Shown: one piece after another, positions 23,729 through 35,306 of the stretch
How positions within the stretch are numbered: the stretch's first letter is position 1
Layout: each line of letters begins with the position of its first letter
DNA from: Macrostomum hystrix
Lineage: Eukaryota; Animalia; Platyhelminthes
Length of the DNA stretch: 64,000 nucleotides
NCBI GenBank assembly: GCA_950097015.1
Contig: CATNEN010000011.1
Location: forward strand, 434,001-498,000
Direction: 5' to 3'
Notes under the pieces: generated by a model
Databases searched by the model: none
Seen by the model: only the letters and a program-made list of their open reading frames with translations
What the model was told of the DNA's origin: nothing
Position numbers and translations under genes: made by a program

Positions 23729-24283
23729 ATGGTACGCTTTAGGGTGCGAACAGAATTCAATTCAAATTGGCGGTGTTGGGCACTGTTCCATAAATTAAAT
23801 AAGGATGAATTCAAGATGGGATTAAACGAATTCATCGGATTCCTCCGCATCACCGGCCCGGGCCAGCTGCAGAAAGTCGTTCACAATGCTGACCTCGATT
23901 GGGAGAGGATCGATGCGAAGTTTGAAGGCTGTCGAGATGCGAGGAACTACCATCTATTTTTGAACAACTGTGAGCACTTTGTGAACTTTTTGATCTACGG
24001 TCGATTCACAAGTTTACAGCTCAGCGACTGGGCTTTGAGTGCAACATCTACTTGTAACTCATTCTCGATGCAGCTCTTAAACGGAAAATACTCTCGCCCT
24101 TCGGGTAGTCTGCAGCGGATTTTCGCAGGCATTTCGCCAGCTGTGCCTGACGGAAGGACATTTTGGTGTGAAGGATTGAGCTTTGCGTTCGTTTTGGGCT
24201 TTGCTTTTATAGAGGCCGCCTTACTGGAGTTCCTCAAGGCCACTACAGGAATGCCTGAGCACGAGTATTTTTATAACATTTAA
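23729..24283 (+). CDS. LRAT/HRASLS-like (permuted NlpC/P60) ORF, possibly partial or a pseudogene
   Basis: YHLFLNNCEHFVNFLIYGRFTSLQ matches the Y-x-L-x2-N-C-E-H-F-x6-G-x3-S-x-Q motif. The N-terminal catalytic His motif is not recognisable. Confidence 0.55.
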   Translation: MVRFRVRTEFNSNWRCWALFHKLNKDEFKMGLNEFIGFLRITGPGQLQKVVHNADLDWERIDAKFEGCRDARNYHLFLNNCEHFVNFLIYGRFTSLQLSDWALSATSTCNSFSMQLLNGKYSRPSGSLQRIFAGISPAVPDGRTFWCEGLSFAFVLGFAFIEAALLEFLKATTGMPEHEYFYNI

Positions 24284-25359
24284 AATGTACTTCAGTATAC
24301 TACTCGTACATGTGAAAAACTTTTCTTGCTATGCACTCTGCTTTATCAGTCATGTTGCTTGGTGGCTGGCCTACGTAATGTATAGTTAGTAGCTGACGAG
24401 ACTCTGTATCGTAATACTTATTATGAGCACATTATTTTTTTATTGAGCACAATTACGACACTACTCGTAATTGGGATGTTTTTCGCTAGAAAAGTAACTC
24501 AGTCGAATTGTTGATTTTTATATTTGCTATATTGATTAAGATATGCGTATGATTAGGACACGGTGTGATAAAAAATTAGAAACGTCTTAACTGTTCCAAT
24601 TTTTAAGATAATTATTTTTGTTCCTTGAGCCATTCACTAAAACATTCTAGATGAGCAAAGATCAATATTTTCTTACGATTTTTGGCCCCTAAAAAATTTG
24701 CCGGAGTTAATCAAAATATATTGCAAATTTTCTGTTTAGTACATGAAAATCGCTAGTTTCGCAGATGATTTCATAGCTACTTCAGTATCTAGATAAAATA
24801 TGTAATCCAATGCGAATGTGTATACATGGTTCTTGGCACTTAAACAGACTAAAAATCGATCTTCACAATCTGATTGGCTAGTGCCAGTCACGTGCTATAG
24901 TTGAATCGCAAACGAAAAGACGGGTTCCTAAAAATATATACTTAGTAACAACTCAAACCTCGTGGGTCAACAATAAAAGCTTGAACCTGGGTGCATTCTC
25001 GTTGAATGCTGTGTCGTTTCTGGTCTCTGCTATGCTCGCTAGTTATACTGTTATTTTACAAGCCAGAACCGCTTGTATCCAGAGTGGAGTACACTTATTG
25101 ACACAAGGCCAAACTTGCTATCAAGTGAAGACTAAGTTTCGGATGGTCGTTTATACGTCGTTTGCATGTTTTGATCTATTTAGTACATTTTTATAAATAC
25201 CTAATTGATGGCGGTTCCAACTGACCTTTACGTCACTGTGAGCGAATGTGTCAAACAGACATATAAGGCCCAGCAGTCGGCAAATACAAGCCACGTTTGT
25301 GTACGTACAATTGATAAAATACACAGATAGGAATGTACCTGCATAGAAGCAGTTCAAAT

Positions 25360-26172
25360 ATGCGCCTGCTACTACTATTCTTGACTGTCCAGCTGTCAAA
25401 TGTTCGCGGCATCGCTGCTGCCTGTCTGGAGACTGACGTTGAGTACACTGGCACTGAGCTGGCTGACGGTAGGCTGCTGAGCACAGCTAGCGCCGAGGAG
25501 TGCCAGTTGTGGTGCCAGTACATCGCCAAGCAGAAAGGCACCTGCAAGTACTTCACCTTTGAACTGGGCGATCGAAGCAGTGCGCCTGTGTGCTTGCTCA
25601 AGAGCGGTGAGTACGGCAAGGTGGAAAAGAAGAACAGAGTCTCCGGACCAGTCCGCTGCGGCGGCACCTGCATTGAAGTTGGCGTGGATTACAGTGGCTC
25701 CGACCTGCCCGACGGCCTGGTAAAGGATGTGGTCAGTTTCGCGGACTGCCAGCATCTCTGCCGAGACCGACAGGACTGCGAATTTTTCTCCTGGGCCTCA
25801 AACGGCTTGAACAGTCGAAACTGTTGGCTAAAGTCGGGCAGCTTCATCCGGACTGAGGATCCGTACCTGACCAAAATATCTGGACCAGCCCGGTGCTCTG
25901 GCACCTGCATTGAGACTGGCGTGGACTACCGCGACAGCGTGCGGGACCCCAGCGACACTGTCGTGAGGGACGTGGCTAGCCCCGAAGACTGTCAGAAGCT
26001 GTGTGCACAAAAGTCCAGCTGTGAATTCTTCACCTGGGCGTCTGACAATGAAGACGGCTGCCCGGATTGTCGACAGAGCTGCTGGTTGAAGTCAGGCGAC
26101 TACCAGCGGCTGCCGAATCGGCCGAATCGAGTTTCTGGGCCGGGTCGATGCAATGCTCCCAAGCTGATTTAG
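25360..26172 (+). CDS. Intronless secreted protein with three tandem PAN/apple domains, 270 aa
   Basis: Signal peptide MRLLLLFLTVQLSNVRG. Three repeats of C.E.(G/D)V.Y...S..(D/E)CQ..C.....C.(F/Y)F(T/S)(W/F)...C(W/L)LKSG...SGP.RC. AATAAA at 26179. Confidence 0.92.
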   Translation: MRLLLLFLTVQLSNVRGIAAACLETDVEYTGTELADGRLLSTASAEECQLWCQYIAKQKGTCKYFTFELGDRSSAPVCLLKSGEYGKVEKKNRVSGPVRCGGTCIEVGVDYSGSDLPDGLVKDVVSFADCQHLCRDRQDCEFFSWASNGLNSRNCWLKSGSFIRTEDPYLTKISGPARCSGTCIETGVDYRDSVRDPSDTVVRDVASPEDCQKLCAQKSSCEFFTWASDNEDGCPDCRQSCWLKSGDYQRLPNRPNRVSGPGRCNAPKLI

Positions 26173-26384
26173 CTATTTAATAAATAATTATTTTGTTCTT
26201 TTCAGGAAAAAATTAACTCCAGTTATTTAGTCTTTTTTCATATCTAAAAGTCATTATAATTTATTTTTTGTTTACTACTAACTAGCTAAATAAACACAAA
26301 AAGCAATGTGACAACATGCAAAAATTTATTTTTTTTAGTTTCTAGAGATGTAAAGATATTTAACCTTACCCAAGTTGGGTCAGC

Positions 26385-26615
26385 TAGAAGTCAGTGGCAC
26401 AGCTGCAAGCCAAACGCTGCCGGTGTACTGCTGTTTAGTCCGTGGACTGGGTAGGCCGATGCTAGTTTCCCCCTCAATTGATGCTGGCACCCAATTTACA
26501 GCTGGGGGAACTAAAGCACTAGGGAATTGAGAGCCTTGCTTGGTGACAAATTGCTTCCCTTGCGCTGAGATTCGAACTCCCGACCTTTCAATCAGAAATC
26601 TGAAGCTCTAAGCAC
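26385..26615 (-). mobile_element. tRNA-derived CORE-type SINE
   Basis: Minus strand GGTCGGGAGTTCGAATCTC (B box), then GCAAGGCTCTCAATTCCCTAGTGCTTTAGTTCCCCCAGCTGTAAATTGGG, which aligns to the CORE consensus. Confidence 0.75.
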
Positions 26616-26845
26616 AGGGGTCTAAAGCTCCCTCAGCATTACTTCATGATGACTATTCATATAAATGTCCCTAATATCTAATTTTGCAAATACTAGTACA
26701 ATAGCTTTCGTTCTCATCGTCATTTTGACGTGCAAAATCATCAAACACTTCGCATTGTTGATGTTGAGGTACATCGACACTAATAATTGTCTAAAACACT
26801 ACATGATTAAGTTAATCAAGATATGCATAGGAGCCATTGTAGTTA

Positions 26846-27200
26846 GGGGGCGGTGGCAGAGCGGTTAACGCGCTTGCCTTGATCGCGCCAAGGTCCCTAA
26901 GCTCGATTCCGCGGCGTGGCCACATTTATTAGAAGCGCAGCCGCGGAGAGAACGCTTGGGGCTTGTCATAAAATTGACGACCTTCAGGGCCAACCTCCAA
27001 GGCACAGTAAACTGTACACTGCCTGACGATGAGAAAGTCATGGCAGATGTACACACCTATGTGAGCGTACAGTATCTTGGTGCGTGTGAGTTCGGAGTCA
27101 GCGAAATGGACAAGAACTGCCTCCTCGCTGGCTGCGGGTCTAGTGTCACCAAATGATGTGCCATTGTTAGTGCAGCCCTCCTGCAATTATTATTTTTATT
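26846..27200 (+). mobile_element. Full-length tRNA-headed structured SINE, copy 3
   Basis: GGTGGCAGAGCGGTTAACGCG, GCTCGATTCC, shared body, and a CTGCAATTATTATTTTTATT tail. Confidence 0.9.
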
Positions 27201-27288
27201 AGATCCTAGTTCATTGTGGTGTCCAAAACAGATTATTATTGCACAAGCTCTGTACTTCTGCCAAAACGAGTTGCTAGAGCAGCCCCTA

Positions 27289-27655
27289 TTACTCGTCACT
27301 CAAAGCGTCAATCCCATCAGGCGGGTCCATGCGCAACAGCCAGGAGGCCAGGCTAAAGTACGCCAGGTACTCGGCAGTGTCCGCACTTGTGTCGTAGTGA
27401 TAGTGCCCGCCGGTGGCTTCGGTTTCCGTGTTCCAGCCGTGAAAGTGCTCGAGCCGGAGGCCCCAGGAGCGCGGATCGTGGCTGAGCAGCACCCCGCAGC
27501 AGACCATCGGCGGTGGCATGTCGAAGAAGCGCAGCCAGTTATTCACCTCGGCAGAGCAGGTCAGCGGAGTCGGACTAAAGTCAGGCATCACGTGCATGTG
27601 CGCTGGGGCGCCTGTGAGGCAGAAGACTCCACCAAGGCCTACAGGTAGGTGACAC
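27289..27655 (-). CDS. C11orf54: C11orf54/PTD012 ester hydrolase (DUF1907), exon 3 of 3
   Basis: VGLGGVF...HVMPDFS...LRLEHFH...GGHYHYDT...EYLAYF metal-binding motifs. Acceptor CCCCCAG, phase 2. Confidence 0.92.
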
Positions 27656-27799
27656 CTGGGGGTTTTGGAACACAGATCCGTGATTTACTTGCAGCTATGC
27701 TTCAGACTTCTACTTTAAACTTAGCAAATTAAACTTGGTTTAAAACGTAGTGTGGAAAAATTACGTAATCCTTAAGTATGTGTGACAGTTCACTGTTCT

Positions 27800-29180
27800 G
27801 AGTATGGGATGACAACTCATTGAATGGCCTCAGGGGTGTAGGATGGCAGCTCTTTGAATGGCCTGGGTATAGGATGAAAACTCCTTGAATGGCCTGGGTA
27901 TGGGATGAAAAATCCTTGAATGGTCTGGGTGTGGGATGGCAACTCATTGAATGGCCTGGGTATAGGATGAAAACTCCTTGAATGGCCTGGGTATAGGATG
28001 AAAACTCATTGAATGGCCTGGGTATAGGATGAAAACTCATTGAATGGCCTGGGTATAGGATGAAAACTCATTGAATGGCCTGGGTATAGGATGAAAACTC
28101 ATTGAATGGCCTGGGTATAGGATGAAAACTCCTTGAATGGCCTGGGTATGGGATGGCAACTCATTGAATGGTCTGGGTGTGGGATGGCAACTCATTGAAT
28201 GGCCTGGGTATAGGATGAAAACTCCTTGAATGGCCTGGGTATAGGATGAAAACTCCTTGAATGGCCTGGGTATGGGATGGCAACTCATTGAATGGTCTGG
28301 GTGTGGGATGGCAGCTCTTTGAATGGCCTGGGTATAGGATGAAAACTCCTTGAATGGTCTGGGTATGGGATGAAAACTCCTTGAATGGCCTGGGTATGGG
28401 ATGAAAACTCCTTGAATGGCCTGGGTATGGGATGGCAACTCATTGAATGGTCTGGGTGTGGGATGGCAACTCATTGAATGGCCTGGGTATAGGATGAAAA
28501 CTCCTTGAATGGCCTGGGTATAGGATGAAAACTCCTTGAATGGCCTGGGTATGGGATGGCAACTCATTGAATGGTCTGGGTGTGGGATGGCAGCTCTTTG
28601 AATGGCCTGGGTATAGGATGAAAACTCCTTGAATGGTCTGGGTATGGGATGAAAACTCCTTGAATGGCCTGGGTATGGGATGAAAACTCCTTGAATGGCC
28701 TGGGTATGGGATGAAAACTCCTTGAATGGCCTGGGTATGGGATGAAAACTCCTTGAATGGCCTGGGTATGGGATGAAAACTCCTTGAATGGCCTGGGTAT
28801 GGGATGAAAACTCCTTGAATGGCCTGGGTATGGGATGAAAACTCCTTGAATGGCCTGGGTATGGGATGAAAACTCCTTGAATGGCCTGGGTATGGGATGA
28901 AAACTCCTTGAATGGCCTGGGTATGGGATGAAAACTCCTTGAATGGCCTGGGTATGGGATGGCAACTCATTGAATGGTCTGGGTGTGGGATGGCAACTCA
29001 TTGAATGGTCTGGGTGTGGGATGGCAGCTCGTTGAATGGTCTGGGTATGGGATGGCAACTCATTGAATGGTCTGGGTGTGGGATGACAGCTCATTGAATG
29101 GTCTGGGTGTGGGATGACAGCTCATTGAATGGTCTGGGTATGGGTGGTAACTCATTGAAAGGCCTGGGTGTGGGATGACA
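27800..29180. repeat. Intronic minisatellite, 31-bp unit TGAATGGCCTGGGTATGGGATGAAAACTCCT, about 44 copies
   Basis: Tandem copies filling most of C11orf54 intron 2. Confidence 0.97.
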
Positions 29181-29242
29181 GCTAGTTAAATAATCTGTGC
29201 CTGAGGTGGCAGCTCATCGGATGTTTGCTTGAAGGATCTCAC

Positions 29243-29617
29243 TGTGAGAACTCCTTAGCAAGGGCGCTCTGCAAAAGCACGGCAAGCCCGCCACGTTGCT
29301 GCTGCTGCTGGCACCATCGAGAGGCGCGCAGACGCAGGACGGGACCTCCAGGCTGTCCGGCCGAGCACAGAGTGTCCACCATCAAGCCGGACTCGGCAAA
29401 GTCCACCCTGCTGAGCTGGCAGCTGGACAAGTCCCGCGGGTCGGTCGAACTGATTCGCTCGTCGATGCTGGCCACGCGACACTGGCTGCCAAGCGGCCCG
29501 AGATTGGCCACCAGTTCGGCGTTGCGACCGAATTTAACTGACGATACAGCGCCCGCTCCAATGATGAGACCGTCTGGACAGCCAGCCGCTTTTAATATGC
29601 TATGGAGCTCGTAGCGC
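29243..29617 (-). CDS. C11orf54: C11orf54, exon 2 of 3
   Basis: RYELHSILKAAGCPDGLIIGAGA...NAELMANL...GPVLRLRA. Acceptor CACACAG and donor GTGAGA, phases consistent. Confidence 0.88.
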
Positions 29618-29689
29618 CTGTGTGGGCGAAGGTTTCAGTGATTCATCTGTCACTCCCCCAAAAGACAGTTAGTTGATCAATCTGTGACT

Positions 29690-29835
29690 TCTTCTATTAG
29701 ATCTGTCACTCCTTTCATTAGATCTGTCACTCCTTTCATTATATCTGTCACTCCTTTCATTAGATCTGTCACTCCTTTCATTAGATCTGTCACTCCTTTG
29801 ATTAGATCTGTCACTCCTTTCATTAGATCTGCCAC
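29690..29835. repeat. Intronic 21-bp tandem repeat TAGATCTGTCACTCCTTTCAT, about 7 copies
   Basis: Read directly. Lies in C11orf54 intron 1. Confidence 0.93.
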
Positions 29836-30073
29836 TCTTTCTACGAGCTGGCATCAAGTCTGTCGGGTAATTCCATGAAGTCTGTTATTCATTTAATTTA
29901 ATAAGTTAGTCGCTCACTCCTGTGCAAATCTCTATTTAGCATGTATAAAGTTTTCCAAAAATTTCAAAGAATGCCTTTTTTATCCGGCTATCTAGTGGCA
30001 TTTCATATCTAGCCTGACGTTGTACCACAAAGACAGTCTCAACGAGGACTTCTAGTCTAAAGCAGCCGCATAC

Positions 30074-30321
30074 CTGGTGTCCACCTGAGGTGTCGGCAGC
30101 AGATACGGCACTCCGCCAGCCTGCGCGATCGTTGTCGAGTCGCCGCCGCATATGCCGCGCCCGGCTAGTCGAAACGGCGCCTCGGACAGGTCCGGACAAT
30201 TCGGGATCAGCTCGACGCTGGCTTCGTGGAAAGCGCCGCGACAGGCCCGATCGAGGCAGCTGGCCACGACAGACGCATCAGGTCGGTGCAATCGAAGGCG
30301 TCGATAAGGCGGCTGCTGCAT
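30074..30321 (-). CDS. C11orf54: C11orf54, exon 1 of 3 (spliced CDS 990 nt, 329 aa)
   Basis: CPDLSEAPF...GICG...IAQAGGVPYLLP matches the family N-terminus. Donor GTATGC. Confidence 0.92.
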
Positions 30322-31484
30322 TCTTTGTTTTCTGTTTTCTGGGACGCGAGCTGCAATTCACTCGGAAATCAACCCACAGTTCATTTTATATTTAAATATT
30401 TGGTGGCCCGAATCACCCGAACTGACTGAAATAGATAACAATGGAGACAAGACTACTAGGCTTGTGCTAGGGTCAGTACATACGAAATGCGATTTTATCT
30501 ATATTGAAGGTCCAAACGAAAACACGTAGTGTACGATAAGACGATAGGTTAGTTCTCACTGCCATCAAACGAGGCCAAAACACACGACAGTACGAGTACA
30601 TTTTAATGACTAGTCATTGCAACACTAAACAAATGTGCATTAAAAACGAATCGTTTGATGGCAGTGAGTGCGAGCCTTAAAACACTTGGACATAAAGATT
30701 GACGAAAGCGTCAAAATGTTCTTTAAGTCGAAAACTTATAAACTAAATGCTACAGCCCGTTACATACATACATAATTTCGAACATAATTTTTTCCACGAA
30801 AGCATGTACGAGTATATGCCGTTGGATGTTACTATTTATAGATGTCTATGGTCATAAGCGGGGTGTAACGCATATATTTTTTCACTGATTATGCATATGA
30901 TAAACGCTGTTTAATTCAGATTCTGTTGTTAGAAAGTACGAGGACCGGGGCCGAGTACAAACAGATTCCATACCTATAATTATAAATGAAGCCCATTAAG
31001 GAATCGGATTATGTATATATGCGATGATATGAGCATTTTCTTCAAGGATTTAGTTTTTAGCTCGTAGGTTTATCGGCACTGATAGTCTTATGGCCTCTCA
31101 ATGTTAATTATTTTGCCCATGTTCGCATTTTAGACATTTTAGAAATTCCATCGTAATTATTAAATTAAATGGTTTACTAACTAAACTATCTAAGAAAGGC
31201 GGAAAGAAGCAACACTGCACTGCACAAGGCACAATATCTCCGAGTCCATTTCCAAACAACTGTAATCGCTTAAACAGATTCTCTTTGGAGGAATCCGAAT
31301 ATCTGAAGCTTTCTTTCCAGCCATCAATTGACCTGAAACCAGCGGCTTATAGGTATATTTCTAGTTTATTCGCACAGACATTAATTAGCAGAGAGCCAAT
31401 CAAAGTTCAACAACAAAAGCTTGAAATCCGCCAGCCTTTTCCACTGTGGTCTCCCGCACGCCAAGAACCAGTTGTGTAGCCGCT

Positions 31485-31608
31485 TCACTTGCGGGTGGCG
31501 GCCAGGCGCCGGTCGCGCTCCTCGGCGATGCTGAGCTTAACACCCTTGCCGCGCGGCAGCGACACCCACGGCTGGCTGCCCTTGCCGATGACGAATACGT
31601 TGCCCTCT
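31485..31608 (-). CDS. RPS4: 40S ribosomal protein S4 (eS4), exon 4 of 4
   Basis: [43 protein letters not shown] on the minus strand at 31365-31370. Confidence 0.95.
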
Positions 31609-31695
31609 CTAAAAAAGGATAAGAAACGCTTTTTTAATCGAATTTCAGAGCATTTGGAATTTACGAAAAGTAGCACTAATATAGCTGGCATTTAC

Positions 31696-31971
31696 CTGGT
31701 GGCGAAGGTGTGTCCGAGCGAGTCCTTGACGTGCACAATGTCAAAGTCCGGATGGCGCTCCCGGTGGATGATGACGCCGACGCGGCCGGTGTTGGCGCCG
31801 CCGGTGATCATGCACAGATTTCCGGGCTCGAACTTGACAAAGTCGATGATCTTGCCGGTGGCCAGGTCCACGCGAACTGTGTCGCTGGCCTTCACAAGCG
31901 GATCCGGATAGCGGATGGTGCGAGCATCGTGGGTGCTCAGCAGGGGCACATTGCCCTGGGCGGTGCCCACC
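31696..31971 (-). CDS. RPS4: RPS4, exon 3 of 4
   Basis: [12 protein letters not shown]...[20 protein letters not shown]...HVKD..GHTFATR. Canonical GT-AG. Confidence 0.96.
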
Positions 31972-33020
31972 CTGCGGGGTTTCCAATGATAAAAATGAAT
32001 GGCAATGCACTAACCAGTGTTAGGCATCGTTTACGGCAGTAAACTTTTTTGCTTAATAAAAGAAAAACTTTCTGTTGTGTTGAAACTGACGGTTTTTTTA
32101 CATTTTTCTGAATTTCACTCGATTCATTACGAATACAGGTCCCACATTATGCTGCCTAACGTATCTTATAAGCTAGAAGAAAATAATTACTATAGGTTAT
32201 AACAAATGAATGTTTATCAATTTAATACATAAAATTTTTTTAATAGAATAGAATGTTATTGTAGATTACACATAATTAACATGAAACCATAAGTATATTT
32301 GAAAAAAACACATAAGCATTAGCACCATAACGATTGTTAACCCTGTAAAAAAATTCGGCTGCTTCTTCGGCGGGTTTTTTGTGCAAAATAGGAGTGGAAT
32401 CTACCAAAATCCCGCCTATCTCGCAAGAGTTAAAGAAACCACCCAGGAAGCAGCCGATGTAACCGTAAATTGTGCGGAAACCGCCGAAGAATCACCCGAA
32501 CCAGTGGCCCATGGGACAACCAGAGAATTATTTACGGGCGATTTCTCGGCGGTTTCTGAGCATGGAATCTTCCGAACTGAAGGATTCTTTGGGTGATTCC
32601 ATTTCGCCACCAAGAACACCGAGAAAACGCCCAGTTGGGTAGATTCTAAGCATGGAATCATACGATTGGTATGTTTCCAGCGTTCGGCTGTTTCTTTTTC
32701 TGGAAATACCGCAGATTCCAACTGGAATCACCCAAAGAAACATCCCTATTTTTAGCGGGACTTTAGTAGAAATGAATCCGGAAAGAAAAGCCTCCCATAT
32801 CTGCAATTTTTTCGGAGATAAAAACGCCAAAAAACTTAGAGAGACATTAATTAACAGACCATACATCGTTAAATCAGAAAAAAAATCTTTTTTTTTCGTT
32901 AAACAGTTGACCCTAAAAATTTACTTAGGCTGTTAAAACCCAAGAAAAAACGCATTTTAACGGACCAATGCTCAACCCGGGCACCAATGACCTAACAAGA
33001 AGACGCCTGAAGTTTTTTAC

Positions 33021-33190
33021 CTGCGCACGCGGCAGAGCTTGTACTTGGCCTCTTCAGGGGTGATGGCGTGCAGAGCGAATCGGCCCTTCACATCGTAGAT
33101 CAGGCGGTAGTTCTCGTTGGTGCGCTCGATGCTAACCACATCCATGAAGCCGGCTGGGTAGCGCTTGTCCGTGCGCACACGGCCGTCCAC
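33021..33190 (-). CDS. RPS4: RPS4, exon 2 of 4
   Basis: [18 protein letters not shown]...[16 protein letters not shown]. Canonical GT-AG. Confidence 0.96.
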
Positions 33191-33291
33191 CTGGGGAGGG
33201 GGAATAACATTTACTTTTCGCTTTGAAGACTCGGCATTTAAGGTAGAGCTTCAATTCAACTTCAATAAAAGGCAAACATTTTGGGGCTCAC

Positions 33292-33507
33292 CTTGATGCA
33301 CCGCTGGGCCAGAATCTTGGTGGTCTCCTTGTAGGTGAGCGCGTACTTTAGCCGGTTGCGGAGGAACAGGCAGAGCGGCAGGCACTCGCGCATCTTATGC
33401 GGACCGGCGGCCGGCTTTGGTGCAAAGCAGCCGGACATTTTGTCCAGCATCCAGTGACGGGGGGCATTAACCCGCTTCAGGTGCTTCTTCAGGCCGCGAA
33501 CTCCCAT
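33292..33507 (-). CDS. RPS4: RPS4, exon 1 of 4 (spliced CDS 786 nt, 261 aa)
   Basis: [23 protein letters not shown]...[22 protein letters not shown]. Donor GTGAGC. Confidence 0.96.
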
Positions 33508-34902
33508 GGCTGGCTAAGTCTGCTGTTGCTGTAACATTGCCCATGGCATTAATTAATTTGATATGATGACATCCATGATTATTTAACTTTTTTCTTACAG
33601 TCATTAACTTATACAACAATATGGCCATACTAAAATATCAAGTCACAGAAGGCACATGAAATATAAACATATTCACAGTAGTCGAAGAACCATTTTATGG
33701 CACCTGGTGGTCCTATTTTAATAATTAGGCGATGATGAATCCAAATTTTCATAGCTAGCTGGGTGGTTCATTACCTTTACTTCCCATTGCTTTGCCATTT
33801 GATTGATAGTATCACAAAAGTGAAATACAAATTGTAGCTTATATTAAATGGACTGTGAAAAATATATCAGTGGGACATGGGCATTCTGAGAGAACTCTAA
33901 ATTGGCTTAGGTTGATATAACTGAACTTTTGCAAAAACCTGCTTTTGAAAATGACATCATAAAAACATTAACTCATGACGTAGGTGATAAGGTTAGATCA
34001 GTGTTCTGTGTTCAACAAGCCTTTTAAAAATGATGCAGACAAAAAGTAATGTAGGAAATAATATAACATATAGTAAAACACTACATATTTTTACTTTGTC
34101 TTTTAGGCTAAGCCTCAATTGACAGTTTGAATTTGTTTGCTACCAGTTAGTCTGCCATTCTTTCATATGCAAAACGTTAAAATGACATTTTGTCTGCTAA
34201 ACATATTCACATAAATTTCACATTATTCATTGATCTCTAGTTTGCAACTAAATATTAAAAGAAGTTACCATATGAAAATTGCTTTAATTTTAAAATAATT
34301 TTTTATAACAAAATATGAACAATAAAAATCATAATACTCAATTCTTTCACAATATCTAATGCCATTTGATTATACTCTGTCAGGAAAATTCATTTCATCT
34401 GACAGCAGACAAACTGTCACTGACACTGGCAGTAAACACAATGACTGTGTACTTAAGCCTCTAATGTTACACTTTCAGATTTGAGTCGGGATTGGAGTCG
34501 GGAAATCCCGAGTCGGGGAAAGTTTAAAAGGTTAAAAAACAGCCTTCCATTTTAACTATGCACACTTATAAAGTATTAATTAAATAATGCTATAAGTATT
34601 AATAAGAAGCTGCATTGCTCTGATTAAGTCTGGGTTTTACTTTAAATGAGTTAAATTATTAAATTACTAGCTTTTTTTGCCCGTTGTTTTTGTGGCAGAA
34701 ATTTAAAGCAAAGCAGTAAGCAATTCACGTCTCTGTATTAACTTTATAGTGAAGGTCACCATTTATTTATTTACTGCAATAATGAAAAGTGAAGAGTTTG
34801 TTTAAGGGCATTTTAAGTAAAAAATAAGTGAAAAGTTTGTCCAAACAGCCCCTCTTGATTACTTCTTTAGAAACATGTCTCTTAGCCACTCCTCTTTACA
34901 GT

Positions 34903-35154
34903 CAGTGGCAGATCCAGGAATTTTGTTTTGGGGCAGTCTGTCAGGGGAGCGCCATGAGAATCACAGAGGGGGTGCCAGCGGCCGAAAAAGGGCGCCAGCG
35001 GCTGAAAAACAGGAGCCAGCGGCTGAAAAAGGGGCGCCAGCGGCCGAAAAGGGGCGCCAGTGCTGCGACTGGCACCCCTGGTGGGGGCATCTTATTCCCA
35101 TGATTAAAATTTAGGGGGGCGACTGCCCCCCCGCCCCCCCTAAATCTGCCTCTG
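34903..35154. mobile_element. hAT-type MITE inserted in the Helitron
   Basis: TIRs CAGTGGCAGATCCAGG / CAGAGGCAGATTTAGG (13/16). 8-bp flanking duplication TTTACAGT / TATACAGT. Internal repeats of about 21 bp. Confidence 0.8.
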
Positions 35155-35306
35155 TATACAGTATGCATGTACACGCGTATACATAAGGAAAATAGCCATG
35201 GCATAACAATAACAATGTCAAAGAAACAAAATTAAACGGTTTCAGAGTTCAGAGTTAGACAGGTCAAGGTCAATTCGTGACTACTTTTCTATTAATTGCT
35301 TGCGAG

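Noticed and set aside
27729-29094. Four overlapping minus-strand ORFs of 103-176 aa
   Set aside because: They are translations of the 31-bp minisatellite inside C11orf54 intron 2.
31489-32042. Plus-strand ORFs of 110-140 aa
   Set aside because: Antisense shadows of GC-rich RPS4 exons. The same applies to the ORFs opposite the GPCR, apple, C11orf54 and PHAF1 exons.
32335-32935. Possible TIR element in RPS4 intron 2
   Set aside because: Composition differs from the flanks, but the terminal inverted match is too weak and no TSD was found.
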